A stretch of 38,848 nucleotides of DNA from Pachysolen tannophilus NRRL Y-2460 (Eukaryota): positions 611,061-649,908 of the forward strand of contig KV454017.1 of assembly GCA_001661245.1 (NCBI GenBank). Reading direction: 5' to 3'. The first letter of the stretch is position 1. The number at the start of each line of letters is the position of its first letter. Under the pieces are notes generated by a model. That model did not search any database and was not told the origin of the DNA. It was given only the letters and a program-made list of their open reading frames with translations. Shown here one piece after another: positions 22,480 through 33,810 of this stretch. The position numbers and the translations under genes were made by a program.

Positions 22480-24093
22480 CTATTTTACTTTCAGTTTTTT
22501 GACTTTATTGCTTGGAGAAACATCTTCAGTTTTAATTTTCCTTTTAAGATATTCACCATTACTTTTATTCCCATTAGTTAATTCTTTGTTATGATTTATA
22601 CTGTCTATCCATTTTTCCAAATCATTAATAAATTGACTAATAGATCCAATTACCCCTGTTGGAATTGAATTTTTCAAAACTTGTTTAAAATTCTTATTAC
22701 TATTTGTTTTCTTAGTTGTTTCTGAGTTAGAAGATTCAGTTTTTGTTGGATACAATTGGTTATATTGGATTTTATAGAAATTCAATAAAGCTTTTAAAGA
22801 ATCAATTTCATCATTTGATAATTTTCCAGTATCCCCATTTTTCAAATAATTGTAACCTACTAACCACATTATTCTATTAAAATTAGGAAATTTATATTTT
22901 TCAGGAACTTTTGTTATTTTTTCAATTTCAAAAATTTTTAAATGAGTATTAATTGAAGAAACAGTCAAGAAGTTCCCACCAATAACCACACTATCCTGTG
23001 CAGTATATACCGAATGAATCCATCCACTAGGTAAAATTAACAAATCTCCAGCTTCAATATCAATTTTTAAGCCATTATTCAAGTAATAATAATCTTCACC
23101 ATCTTTATCTAAAAATTGTTGTTGTTCAATTGGTTTTATCAAATCACCAAACCAAGTAGAATTTTGATTATCATTAAGACACCAATTTTCATAAGATTTT
23201 AAATTATCCAGAGTTGGAGGATACATTATAAAACTTTTATAACCTTTTAAAACTGTATAATAAACAGATGTTCCACCAAAATCAATATGAAAATCTGTAA
23301 AAGAATTTTTAACTGACATTAAACAATATTTTGAAACTTTTGGTTTAATATCTATAATACCGGCAGAATAAAGTTCATTTACTACATCTATAGATTTGAT
23401 AAAATTTGGTATATCAATCAAATCATTTAATTCAGTATCAGAAAATTCCAAACTAATGACATTTCTAATACGATCTCTATCTTCAAAAGGTTTATTGTAA
23501 TAATCTCTCCAATGTCCCAAATTCCAACTTGTACTATTATTTTGTGTAAGAACATCCATGACTTCAACTGGTCTATCTTCTCCAATAACTTTAGTAATAT
23601 CAGAAACACTCATTTGTGGGAATTTTAAATTTAATTTACTTTTATTTTTGGGGAAAATATTTGGATTAATTCTTTTAATTAAAATTGGTTTTTTCGAATG
23701 ATATTTTTGAATTAAATTTTCAATATAATTATCATCTAGTTTATTAAATTGATCTTCTTCAATAATATGTACTAATTGATCAAAAGGTTTATCATTTTCA
23801 AAATTAATAAAACGTTCAATATGACGATGCATATCTTTAGATCTTAACTCTTCACCATTATTTAAAGCAACATAATCAATTTTCTTTGCATTTCTTGTTG
23901 ATTTCCTCTTAAGCACCGAGGGATTATCAGCATCACAATTAAAACAATGATATTCACTTATCAAGCTCGACTGGAAAGAACTCATTTTCAAACAATCAAT
24001 ATGATACCACTGACCACATATAGAACATTGTATCCAATTAATAACAATAGATTCTTTCTCACTGGTACATAAAGGACATTCATCAAGCAGCAT
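22480..24093 (-). CDS. JHD1: PHD + JmjC histone H3K36 demethylase
   Basis: N-terminal PHD finger (CPLC..WIQCSICGQWYHIDC..YHCFNC); JmjC motifs FTDFHIDFGGTSVYY and PSGWIHSVYT. Confidence 0.93.
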   Translation of the reverse strand: MLLDECPLCTSEKESIVINWIQCSICGQWYHIDCLKMSSFQSSLISEYHCFNCDADNPSVLKRKSTRNAKKIDYVALNNGEELRSKDMHRHIERFINFENDKPFDQLVHIIEEDQFNKLDDNYIENLIQKYHSKKPILIKRINPNIFPKNKSKLNLKFPQMSVSDITKVIGEDRPVEVMDVLTQNNSTSWNLGHWRDYYNKPFEDRDRIRNVISLEFSDTELNDLIDIPNFIKSIDVVNELYSAGIIDIKPKVSKYCLMSVKNSFTDFHIDFGGTSVYYTVLKGYKSFIMYPPTLDNLKSYENWCLNDNQNSTWFGDLIKPIEQQQFLDKDGEDYYYLNNGLKIDIEAGDLLILPSGWIHSVYTAQDSVVIGGNFLTVSSINTHLKIFEIEKITKVPEKYKFPNFNRIMWLVGYNYLKNGDTGKLSNDEIDSLKALLNFYKIQYNQLYPTKTESSNSETTKKTNSNKNFKQVLKNSIPTGVIGSISQFINDLEKWIDSINHNKELTNGNKSNGEYLKRKIKTEDVSPSNKVKKLKVK

Positions 24094-24426
24094 CGTAAAC
24101 CAAAACGTAAAATCTCTAAAATACCATCAACAATAATATCAAACCAATTCTCCTTTTTCTACGATAATACCAATACCAATAATACTAATCATCATCATCA
24201 TCATCATTTATTATTATCAAATCTATCTTCGTCCTCATTTCTATACGACAATTCAATTTTCTTTGGAGAAAAAACGGTCGTGTGAAACTTGACAGAAATT
24301 TTGATGATTTTTTTAAATTTTTGAAAATTAAAAAAAATTTTGTTGAAGATGAAGGGAACCAACCAACCAACAAAGTTGATATTTTTTTAATAAATAATTT
24401 CATCTATAGATATAGCTTGATCAATC

Positions 24427-25074
24427 ATGTTTATGAGAAGAAGGGTTATTAGCGAGAAGAGAAGGTTGTTTGGGACATTTTCTTCTTGCTTGCTTGGGCA
24501 AAAGGGGAAAAATCCGGCAGTTATAGCTGATACTGGAAATGGCACTGGTTCTGGTTCAAGTAGTGGTGCTGGATTAGTAGATAGAGGAACTATTACTTCA
24601 AATGATTGGATTCCAGAAAGAGGATCATCTGGGAAATTGATTAAAGACACATTTAGCGAGTACAGAGAAAGAGAAACAAGAATAAAAAAAGTTAATATAA
24701 GTCCAAAATTCGTGAAGCAATTTGGAAATTTTCAAACTTATGATCCATTTGATTTTTCAATTGCTAAATTAAATTTAGAAAATAGACAAAGACAAGAAAA
24801 ATCACGTTTTGTATCGCAACCAAAAAATATTAAGAAGAAGGATATTTTTACATCAAAAAATCTTAATCCATTAGATTTTTATTGTTCTCCAGTATTTTTG
24901 TCAAATTTCTTGACTTCATCAGGTCAAATCTTACCTCGTGAACAAACCAATTTAACATTGAAAAATCAAAGATTATTAGCAAAGGCTATAAAGAGATGTA
25001 GAGCCATTGGTTTAATTTCAAACGTTTCAAGAGATGTTTCTGTATTACCTTCAGTTATTCAAAAAGGTATATGA
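24427..25074 (+). CDS. RSM18: Mitochondrial ribosomal small-subunit protein bS18m
   Basis: TYDPFDFS, NPLDFY..P.FLSNFLTSSGQILPREQTNLTLKNQRLLAKAIKRCRAIGL; divergent from JHD1 as in S. cerevisiae. Confidence 0.9.
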   Translation: MFMRRRVISEKRRLFGTFSSCLLGQKGKNPAVIADTGNGTGSGSSSGAGLVDRGTITSNDWIPERGSSGKLIKDTFSEYRERETRIKKVNISPKFVKQFGNFQTYDPFDFSIAKLNLENRQRQEKSRFVSQPKNIKKKDIFTSKNLNPLDFYCSPVFLSNFLTSSGQILPREQTNLTLKNQRLLAKAIKRCRAIGLISNVSRDVSVLPSVIQKGI

Positions 25075-25169
25075 ATACTTTGTATATAGTTTACTGCACC
25101 CACCTTGTATTTATATATATATATATATATATATGCAAATCAAAAATAAAAAATAAAATAAATATATAT

Positions 25170-26696
25170 TTAGTGAAAATTAGGTCCTTTCAATGTGATA
25201 TAAACATCTGTACCTATACCTTCGTATGTTTGTAATTTTAAATCACCACCAAACATTTCTGCATAAATTTTACTTAAAGGTAAACCATAACCCATACCGG
25301 CAATTAAATTTGCCCCATCGTCCAGATTAGCTCCATTATTGAAAACACTATAGTTTTCATCTTGCTCGGATTTATCTGCAACAGCATCTTGAACTGTAGT
25401 AAAAGAAAATTTGAAAAGGTTTGATAAAATCTTATTAGGTATTCCTTTCCCTTCATCTCTTATTCTTATTTCTAATATTGATGGTGAACCAGTATTTTTA
25501 CACAAAACTAAAGATATACGAATTGGATCTTTGACTTTATTTTCCAAATGTGCTCTTGTAGAATTTTTCAATAATTCTTGTAATATATATTCTAAATGTG
25601 TAGAAATATAAGGGAAAATCATTACTTCTCTTTCACTAATTTTTGAAAGTGGAAATTCATCATGTTTAAGAACTTCTTTTAAAGAATTTGTAACTGTAGT
25701 ATCTAAAATCACTGGAACTTTTTCATCATATTTCATTGAACTTAAATCTCCCACAAAATCAGAAACCAGCTTTACTAAATTGATAACATTTAAATTTTTT
25801 TCAATCAAACCAATACTTTCAATAGAACCTGATGATTCTTGAACTTGTTGAGATAATAATATATGATGTCTACAAATCATTCTTAATAGAATTCTTTCCC
25901 TTAAATGCGTATTTAAAAATAACTCTTCGCTTTCATAAAATTTAAATTCTGAAATATCTTTAAAACCTTCAGAAAGAATTGGTAAATTATTTGAATGAAG
26001 ATCAATGATTTCACTCAAATTTTGACAAAAAAGCTTATTTGTTTCCATATCCGTAATCTTAAAAGTAGAATAAAAATCTAATGGTCTCAATCCACCAAAG
26101 GAAATATTATCAATTTCTTTCTGTTCATCTATAAAAGTTAACAATTTGGCAAGACTTTCTAAATACATCTTGTAAATACTAGAAATATTTGGATTAAGAA
26201 CAACAATAAATGGAAGCTTTCTAAATTCTTTGATTCTTCTGCAAATTAAAATTAATAAATTTTGTAAAGCTTCATTTGAACTTTCTAATAACATTCTATC
26301 AAGTGCCTTATTACTGTCAATATTTTCCACTCCATTGAATGCCAGTAAATAGTCTAAGGAAATTGGTGGTAAAGTATGATCCGCTAATTCATTGATTAAA
26401 CTAACTAAGGATGATCTGATTAAATGCTGTGTCTCCATAGACATCGAAGATGCTAATTCATGATAAAGATTATTCCCCTGTGAAAATGAAGAAGTCGAAT
26501 AATTATGGATCGAATTCCTTAGTGGGCTTCGAGCCTTTGACTTGTTTTGTTCCTGCTGCAACAACGACAAAGAAGCATTATTCATAAATCTTGTCAAGTG
26601 TATACCACTACCATTAACACCATTATGACCTGACAAAGCTCCTCTACTGCTTGGACATCTCGAAAGAATCTTTATATAAGAAAGATTTTTAGTCAT
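25170..26696 (-). CDS. PKP1: Mitochondrial pyruvate dehydrogenase kinase, Pkp1 type
   Basis: GHKL motifs ELLKNS, IRDEGKGI, AGMGYGLPLSKIY, GTDVYITLKGP; Pkp1-like HELASSMS..IRSSL and FLNTHLRERI. Confidence 0.82.
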   Translation of the reverse strand: MTKNLSYIKILSRCPSSRGALSGHNGVNGSGIHLTRFMNNASLSLLQQEQNKSKARSPLRNSIHNYSTSSFSQGNNLYHELASSMSMETQHLIRSSLVSLINELADHTLPPISLDYLLAFNGVENIDSNKALDRMLLESSNEALQNLLILICRRIKEFRKLPFIVVLNPNISSIYKMYLESLAKLLTFIDEQKEIDNISFGGLRPLDFYSTFKITDMETNKLFCQNLSEIIDLHSNNLPILSEGFKDISEFKFYESEELFLNTHLRERILLRMICRHHILLSQQVQESSGSIESIGLIEKNLNVINLVKLVSDFVGDLSSMKYDEKVPVILDTTVTNSLKEVLKHDEFPLSKISEREVMIFPYISTHLEYILQELLKNSTRAHLENKVKDPIRISLVLCKNTGSPSILEIRIRDEGKGIPNKILSNLFKFSFTTVQDAVADKSEQDENYSVFNNGANLDDGANLIAGMGYGLPLSKIYAEMFGGDLKLQTYEGIGTDVYITLKGPNFH

Positions 26697-26874
26697 TTCT
26701 TAAATATGTAGTACTGATAAGCGATTATTATTAAATATATGCAACAAAGAAAAAAAAAAAAGAAAAAAGATAGTGAAAAATTACATTTATTATATACTTT
26801 AAAAAGTAAGGTGATGACAATTTTCATCACCACGCCATCTCTATACAAGCGATTTGAAAAAACAAAAAACAATG

Positions 26875-28707
26875 CTACGTTTCATATCTATCATCAAACA
26901 CATTCTTTAATGCAATTTCGGAGTTATGGTTCATGTGCTGATACTCTAACTTCTCTAATGGGATTGAGGGTACGCTGGAGGTCCTGTTAAAAGGTGACCT
27001 TTTAGGTGGGACAGGAGGAGAACCAGTTGCTGGTGAAGTACTTACTCTTCGTGGAGGCACCGTTGGTGATCTATTGGGACTATTACGATTATAAATATTG
27101 TTTGGAATGGTTTTGTTGTTTAATTTTCTTGGAGGGATTGGTGGTGGGGGTAATTTCCTGTGAATATGACTAAATTTTTGTCGTAAAGGACTTTCTTTGT
27201 TCAAACTGGCAGAAGTATCCCAGTTATTAGTGTTGTTGTTCAATATATTTGTAGATGTAGTTGTAGGCGTATATGTGGATGTGGATGTCATATTAGATTC
27301 TTCAATTCGAAGCTGCTGTTTTGAGTTTAAGCCATTAATATTTGTCAAGACACTTTTATCTGAAGAAGATATACTGCTATGTCTAGATGAACTTTCTGAA
27401 CTCAGGTCACTTTCTCCAATTTCTTCTCTTTTCAATTTTTTGAAAAAATCGAAAAATCTTAAAATTAATCTTCTTGTAACGTTTATTTCATCATTTTGAA
27501 TATTTTCATTATCATTAACTTCATTTGAAATACTGCTTATCAATTCTATCAAATATTTTTTTTTATAAAAATTACTTGTGTTTAATTGAGAAAATAATAA
27601 CATAGGATACAATACTCTCAAATAAGTATTTATCAATGCAGTTTGATTATCTGATATAGATAAGTTATTTAATTCTCTTAAAAAAATATCAACTAACACT
27701 TTTAAATCATTTAAATAAAACCATTGACAAGTTACCGAAGTTGTGAAAATTAAATAAAGTATTTTTAAAATTAAAATTTGTAAGATATGATTTTCTGAAT
27801 CTCTATTAAAACTTAATATTAAACATTCACAAAAACTATGGAAAATCTCATTTTGCATCATCATCATCTTAAATATTTTATTTTCACATATTTCAATGTC
27901 AGAAGGTTCTTTATTATTATTTTCATAACATCCAACCATATATTGTTCGTTTAATATTAAGATAATTCTAAATTTATAAAAATTTAATCTATCTTCTTCT
28001 CTTGTTACACCTTTTATTGTTTGAAACAAATAATTTATAAAATTCTCATCAAGTGAGTTTAATTCTTCAACAGAAAGTTTTATATTTTCAAGAAATTCAT
28101 ACAACAACTCCATAAGATTTTTATAAATATGATGTTGTGCATTTAATTCATAAACTTTTGACCTTTGATGGTTATGTAATAATATCAGGCATATTATATT
28201 TAACCCTTGAAATTTTTGTAAAATTGAAAGAACTGAGGGATTAAATTTATAATTGATCAATAATAAATAACTGATGACTTTTATAAAATTATTATTCTCT
28301 CTAATGAAAACAACAGACACATCATCAACTGCTGGAGTCTTATTGATATCAATAAGACTAGTAGTATTATCATCTATTTTCAATAGAAGCGTTAACAATT
28401 TTCTAATAACAAACTCCAAGTTCCTCAGATAGCACTTATCGGATATCATCAACTTTGATACTTTATAATAAAATTCAAAATCTTTTAAATCTAGATCTTC
28501 TCCCCCATATTCTTCATCTGCATTTCCCCTATCACAATCGGTATCAGTATCAACCTTGTTCTTTAAAGTATGCTTAGACACTAAAGATAAGCAAGAAACC
28601 AACCTTTTATTAAGCGCTTCTTCTTCCTGGTCATTATCACCTTTTATAAGCTCATTTAAAGAAGCCCAGAAAGTTGCCTCATCATCGACACACGATCCAA
28701 CTTCCAT
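26875..28707 (-). CDS. LDB17: SPIN90/Ldb17-family Arp2/3 activator with a proline-rich tail
   Basis: LILNEQYMV, QILILKILYLIFTT..FYLNDLKVLVDIFLREL, TYLRVLYPML; C-terminal PPPPIPPRK. Confidence 0.88.
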   Translation of the reverse strand: MEVGSCVDDEATFWASLNELIKGDNDQEEEALNKRLVSCLSLVSKHTLKNKVDTDTDCDRGNADEEYGGEDLDLKDFEFYYKVSKLMISDKCYLRNLEFVIRKLLTLLLKIDDNTTSLIDINKTPAVDDVSVVFIRENNNFIKVISYLLLINYKFNPSVLSILQKFQGLNIICLILLHNHQRSKVYELNAQHHIYKNLMELLYEFLENIKLSVEELNSLDENFINYLFQTIKGVTREEDRLNFYKFRIILILNEQYMVGCYENNNKEPSDIEICENKIFKMMMMQNEIFHSFCECLILSFNRDSENHILQILILKILYLIFTTSVTCQWFYLNDLKVLVDIFLRELNNLSISDNQTALINTYLRVLYPMLLFSQLNTSNFYKKKYLIELISSISNEVNDNENIQNDEINVTRRLILRFFDFFKKLKREEIGESDLSSESSSRHSSISSSDKSVLTNINGLNSKQQLRIEESNMTSTSTYTPTTTSTNILNNNTNNWDTSASLNKESPLRQKFSHIHRKLPPPPIPPRKLNNKTIPNNIYNRNSPNRSPTVPPRRVSTSPATGSPPVPPKRSPFNRTSSVPSIPLEKLEYQHMNHNSEIALKNVFDDRYET

Positions 28708-28931
28708 ATCCTCTTCGATTACCGAATATTAATCGGATTTCTTTGTATTTGTATTTTGGCTGCTATATTTTGAAATTTTTAAATATTTTGCTTCTTTCTA
28801 CTTTTTTATATATTTTTCTATTTTCCTTAATTAATCCACAATTTAGTTAAAATTAATATTTCTCTAAGCAATTTTTTAAAATTAACAATACTGTCAAAAA
28901 AGAAAGAAATAAAGAAATAAGAAGAGATAGG

Positions 28932-29688
28932 ATGATCAACCTAATGGAGGTAAGTCTGAATAGTATAGATTGTTAAAACATGGTGAATTTGAATGTGAAT
29001 GTGTGAATGTGATAATGTTTGAAGTTTCTGAATTATGTGCTAACATGTATTAAATATGTAGATATTTGAGATGCAATCGAGTGCAGAAAATTCTATATTA
29101 CAGAATGAGCTTATAAGATCGGTTGAGATATATAATAGACTTTTACAGAAATTTGATATGATTATTGCGGATGGAGAGCTTGATGAAGATATAATAGGAT
29201 CGGTGAAATTGTTGAAGAAACAGGCAGAGATAAGGATTAATGATTTAAATATAGTGATTCAAGAGAAGAAGACTAATGCAGTACCCAAATTGCGCAAAGA
29301 TAGTAAGAATATTAATAGCGATGAGGTATCTGGGGATTTTGGGTTTACAGCAAGGGCTGGAGTTTCAGATGGAATTCGGGATGGCTCTAATTTATCTGTA
29401 TTGAGACAAATTTTATCTAAATTAAAGAAGCAAAATAATGGTATTGAGATAAAAACTGCAAATGAGCAAAAATTGATGGCTGAAATTAATTCATTATACA
29501 AGATTTTGAATGAATATGATTTAAAATTTTCAAGAGATCAAAAGGAAATTGAAAATTTGAAAAAAGAATTAAAAGATGTCAATGCTGTTAATACAAGCTT
29601 AAATAATCAGGTACAAAAATTAAATAATAGATGGAATGAATTAGTTGAAAGTGCTAAAAGAAGAAAAGAAAAAGAAGCACAAAAATAA
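28932..29688 (+). CDS. ATG38: Autophagy PI3K complex I subunit Atg38 (MIT-like N-terminus plus coiled coil); exons 28932-28949, 29062-29688; 214 aa
   Basis: The C-terminus KLNNRWNELVESAKRRKEKE resembles recalled Atg38 RLRERWDSLVESAKQRRDK. An 18-nt first exon (MINLME) is followed by an intron. The locus is near CDC123, as ATG38 is in S. cerevisiae. Confidence 0.78.
28950..29061 (+). other. ATG38 intron (112 nt)
   Basis: GTAAGT donor, TGCTAAC branch 29038-29044, TAG acceptor; phase 0. Confidence 0.88.
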
Positions 29689-29906
29689 AGTTGATTTATA
29701 ATTTAATTATAATATTTTATTCATGTAAATACAAATAAAATCATTTATTAATTTTTGGGAAAGAAAGGAAAACTCAAATGTATCAGCAAAATTCAAAACT
29801 AAATATAAAGTAAAAGATGAAAAATAGAACATAACGAAAAATAAAAAAAATAAAAAAAAAAAGGGGGTAAGGTAGAGATGATGGGGGGAAATGATCATTA
29901 ATCACT

Positions 29907-31226
29907 CTATGCCAAAGATTTCATCATTTCTTCTTTATTGATCAAATGTTCAATGCTTTCCAAATGCTGTAACAACGTATCAATGTTTGAAGACCAGTCA
30001 TTCAACAATTCGTTATTTGATTTTGATTTGATGAAATTAACAACTTTAAAAGGTCTATTAATCTTGGCATATATGATACCATCATTGACTAAATTTGTTA
30101 TATAATCTTCAACTTCCAATTGTTTTAATTGTAATAATTCACATAACCTTTCCAATGTTATTGAACTATAATATTTTGAAATAATTCTTAAATTATGTTC
30201 AATTACTCTTTTTTGTAAATCTTTATAATGTAATTTTCCCTTTTCCTTTGATTGATCAAAAATTTCATAATGGAATAATTCTGAAGATAATGAATTGGAT
30301 ATATTATCCCAATTAATTAATTCCAGTGTTGCAAAAGATTTTATTAATTGATTTTGTAAAGGTATTTTATATAATTCAGAATTTAATAAAATTTTATTTA
30401 TTAAATCTGATTGTAAATTTGAATATGGAGAAAGTATGACAAAAAATACAACATTTGATAAAATTTCCAATTTTTCAGCTTCAATTTGTTTTAAATCATA
30501 AATTGAAAGATAATAACGAACAATATTTATATAATCATTTTCACTTAAAGCAATTTCAATTATTAATTTATAATATTTTAATTTTAATTTATCAAATTTA
30601 TCTAAAGATTTAACTAAAATTTTCCTTGATAATATTTTGGCAAATTGATAATCTCCTTTCATATTACATAATTCTATTTGATTAAGAATAAATTCAATTT
30701 TTTCTTCTAATTCCATTGAACCATAAGTTTCAACTTGTAATTCACATAAAATTTTTGTTGCTTTATCTAAATCATTTTTTTCTTTTAATAATATATCTGA
30801 TAAGATTTTACTTACTCTAGCTCTTTCAATTTCTAAATAAATTTTATTTTCAGTAATTGATCTAATATTTTCAATAGTTTCAATTTTTAAATTTAAATTT
30901 TTATCCAATTCATGTAAATGTTCAATAACTTGTTGAACCATTGCTTGAACTGAATTCTTTAATTGACCATGTTTCTTAGAAAGTAACAAAACTTGTTCAT
31001 TCAATAAATTCCAATCATTTTTCGAAGTTAATAAATCAACAAGATATTTTAAAATCCTCTTTGATGATGCAAGATCTGATGCTTGCCTTGTTTGTTTTTC
31101 CAATAAAAGTAATTTATCTAAAGCAGAATGATAATCCGTTGTAGCCAACTTCTCAATTTGTGGGAACTGCTCGTTAAGAGTATCCGTAAAATCCTTTTCC
31201 GCCTTCAAAGGAGTTTCTCTAGACAT
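29907..31226 (-). CDS. RPN5: 26S proteasome lid subunit Rpn5 (PCI domain)
   Basis: LEKQTRQASD, LSKKHGQLK, ELQVETYGSM, RVIEHNLRIISKYY, HLINKEEM. Confidence 0.96.
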   Translation of the reverse strand: MSRETPLKAEKDFTDTLNEQFPQIEKLATTDYHSALDKLLLLEKQTRQASDLASSKRILKYLVDLLTSKNDWNLLNEQVLLLSKKHGQLKNSVQAMVQQVIEHLHELDKNLNLKIETIENIRSITENKIYLEIERARVSKILSDILLKEKNDLDKATKILCELQVETYGSMELEEKIEFILNQIELCNMKGDYQFAKILSRKILVKSLDKFDKLKLKYYKLIIEIALSENDYINIVRYYLSIYDLKQIEAEKLEILSNVVFFVILSPYSNLQSDLINKILLNSELYKIPLQNQLIKSFATLELINWDNISNSLSSELFHYEIFDQSKEKGKLHYKDLQKRVIEHNLRIISKYYSSITLERLCELLQLKQLEVEDYITNLVNDGIIYAKINRPFKVVNFIKSKSNNELLNDWSSNIDTLLQHLESIEHLINKEEMMKSLA

Positions 31227-31344
31227 GATCGATCACTTCAATTACTTATTTTTCTGCTTTAAATTTGAACCGCTTATTGATTGATTTAAAATAGTTTTAT
31301 CAATACTTTTTTATTTTTTTTTTTTTGCTAATAGATTTTAGAAA

Positions 31345-31353
31345 AGTGGCAAT
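31345..31353 (+). promoter_or_regulatory. Possible Rpn4/PACE-like site AGTGGCAAT upstream of RPN5
   Basis: Near match to PACE (GGTGGCAAA) about 120 bp upstream of a proteasome gene; imperfect. Confidence 0.35.
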
Positions 31354-31547
31354 CAATCTTTCATATAGAAAGACAAAATTCAACTTTTTTTTTTGTTTTT
31401 TGATTTTTTTTGATATTTTTTTGATTTTAAAACACACGACTTTATTTTGGGGGTCTTTGGTATTTCGATACACGTCTTTATATTTGGTCTCCTTCTATTA
31501 TATACTATCTATCTATCTAACTATCTAATCAGTAATGATTGATTTAT

Positions 31548-32798
31548 TTATTTATGTGGTTTAAGGAAATTGGTCAACAACTTCTTTTTTGGTTTTGAAA
31601 CAAATGGGGACTCTTCATTGAGTGATTGTGCCATCATGGCGGAGTATGTATTTTTGCGTATTTCCTTTGTGTAGTAATCGACTTTATATTGACAAACTTC
31701 ACTTGTATATAAAGTTTTACGATTTTTAGTATCAAATTCTATTCCTTGATATTTAGCAATAATTGGTTTTGCAACTTTAAAGATATCTAAATCACCCATA
31801 CCACTGAAAAATGGAGTTTCAAAAGCTCCAATCATTGTATTTACCAAATAAGAATATAATTTTGACCATACTGCAGAAACTTCATTATTGAAAAAATCTT
31901 TACCTAATTTTTTAGTTAATGAAGTTAATAAAGCAAAACCCATTGATTCAAAATGTTCAGGTTCTGCTCCATAACAACGGACATGTCTACGACCTAAATT
32001 TGTTAAAAATGCTTCCAATACAGATAGATCATCTAAATTATTAATTGCCATGTTAAAAACACCTGTAAATGATACTGTTTGAGATTGTGGTGAAGGTAAT
32101 ATAGAAACTAATTTAGGGTTATCTTGTAAAATTTCAAGATAAACATATTCCCAAAAACGAGTTGATCGAAGCATATTAGCAACTGATTTTTCTTTTTCAT
32201 CTTTTATTTCAATTGAACGTTGAAATAACAGTGAACTCAGACGTGAAAGTTCTGGTTTTTGGAATTTCCAATCTTCATTATCATTACTAGCTTTATGTTC
32301 AAGTTTATGAGCTCCACGTTTCAATTTAATCTCATCTCTTCTGAATTCGTTGTTACTGTCATTATCATTGTAATAGCTGTCAATATCAAGGTCACCGTCA
32401 TAATCATCATCGTCATCATCATCATCATCATCATCATCAAAGTTGGAATTTGAATTTGAATTTAAGTTGGTCTTGGTCTTGGATTTGGTCTTGGCCTTGA
32501 TGCTGATGTTTCCGTCTTCATCATCGTTATCGTCCTCACCATCATCATCCATTCCTCTAATAATATTACTCCTTATATTAGAACCAACACTATCCCATGT
32601 TGCACGTAATAACGCTCTTTCCAGTTTAGAAAAAACCCCATTTTCTTCATCTCCTTCACCCATATCATCTTTTTCATCTTCTAAATTTTCACTTGAATTA
32701 AGTGATCTATTTGAATTCGAAACATTACTTCTTAATTTTTTTAAAGAATTTTTATACGAACTATTAGGGTTTCGTGGTACAGGTACTCCACCTCTCAT
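31548..32798 (-). CDS. YNL234W-like fungal globin-domain protein (416 aa from the ATG at 32798)
   Basis: AINNLDDLSVLEAFLTNLGRRH (proximal His F8), EPEHFESMGFALL, WSKLYSYLVNTMI; the A-helix ERALLRATWD is separated from the core by an acidic insert. Confidence 0.82.
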   Translation of the reverse strand: MRGGVPVPRNPNSSYKNSLKKLRSNVSNSNRSLNSSENLEDEKDDMGEGDEENGVFSKLERALLRATWDSVGSNIRSNIIRGMDDDGEDDNDDEDGNISIKAKTKSKTKTNLNSNSNSNFDDDDDDDDDDDDYDGDLDIDSYYNDNDSNNEFRRDEIKLKRGAHKLEHKASNDNEDWKFQKPELSRLSSLLFQRSIEIKDEKEKSVANMLRSTRFWEYVYLEILQDNPKLVSILPSPQSQTVSFTGVFNMAINNLDDLSVLEAFLTNLGRRHVRCYGAEPEHFESMGFALLTSLTKKLGKDFFNNEVSAVWSKLYSYLVNTMIGAFETPFFSGMGDLDIFKVAKPIIAKYQGIEFDTKNRKTLYTSEVCQYKVDYYTKEIRKNTYSAMMAQSLNEESPFVSKPKKKLLTNFLKPHK

Positions 32799-33810
32799 AA
32801 TCAAAAAAAAAAAAATAAAAATAAAAAATAGAGAAAATAGACAAAAATTTAATAATTCTAAAAAAATATACAAAGTTTTTTCCTTTTTTTTTTAACTTTT
32901 TTTATTTGCAAAAGAGAAAAAAGAAAAAAGAATTACAATAAACAAATTTAATTTTTAATTATACAATTTAATTTCAAACGTTTCTAAACAATATTTCAAC
33001 GTTTCAACGTTTCAAACTTGTGGTGTCGGCTTTCTTTATACTTTATTTTATTGATATGCAGTTTATTTTACCAAATCCGGATGCATAATGCATCCCTAAT
33101 CTTTAATACCGGACGCACGAGAAATAAAATAAAGTCAAAATGAAAAAAATTTCCTAATGTGGTAGATTTGGGGCTCAGGAACACGACCGCGGCTACTTCT
33201 AACTCGAAACTTTTTTTTTTTTTTCTTTTTCCTTTCTCAACAATCAAGTCGTGTTTTCAAATTACAATAGTACTAATTGGGTAAAGAAACTAGAACTTCT
33301 TTTTTTGGTTTTTTTTTGGTTCTTTTGCTTTTTTTGGGCTTAAATATTAAGAAAAAAAAGAAGAGTTAAAAATTAAAAAATTACTCCTCGTTAATACAAT
33401 TAAATTAGTACAATATAATTTTTTATTTAAAAATACCGACCCATATTTATTTATCAATAGCGTTTAATTATATTTCTTATGAATGAATTGCTAAAAATAT
33501 AAAAATTATTTATTTTGTATAATAAATTAATTTAAAGATAAAAGATTATTGATATTTAATATTTTTAATAATATTAATAATTGTTTATCGGAGACATCAT
33601 CATTTCACTCTTTTTTTTTTTTCTTTTTTTTTTTTTGTTACTAAATTTTTATTAATGAATTAATAGTACCGCTACAATATTAAGTTGGATCAGTTTTCAA
33701 TAATAATAATAATAAAAAAAAAAAAAGTTAGCTAAGGATATATAAATATATATATATATATAAATATATATATTTGTATATGTATATTCACTTATATATA
33801 TATATAAATC

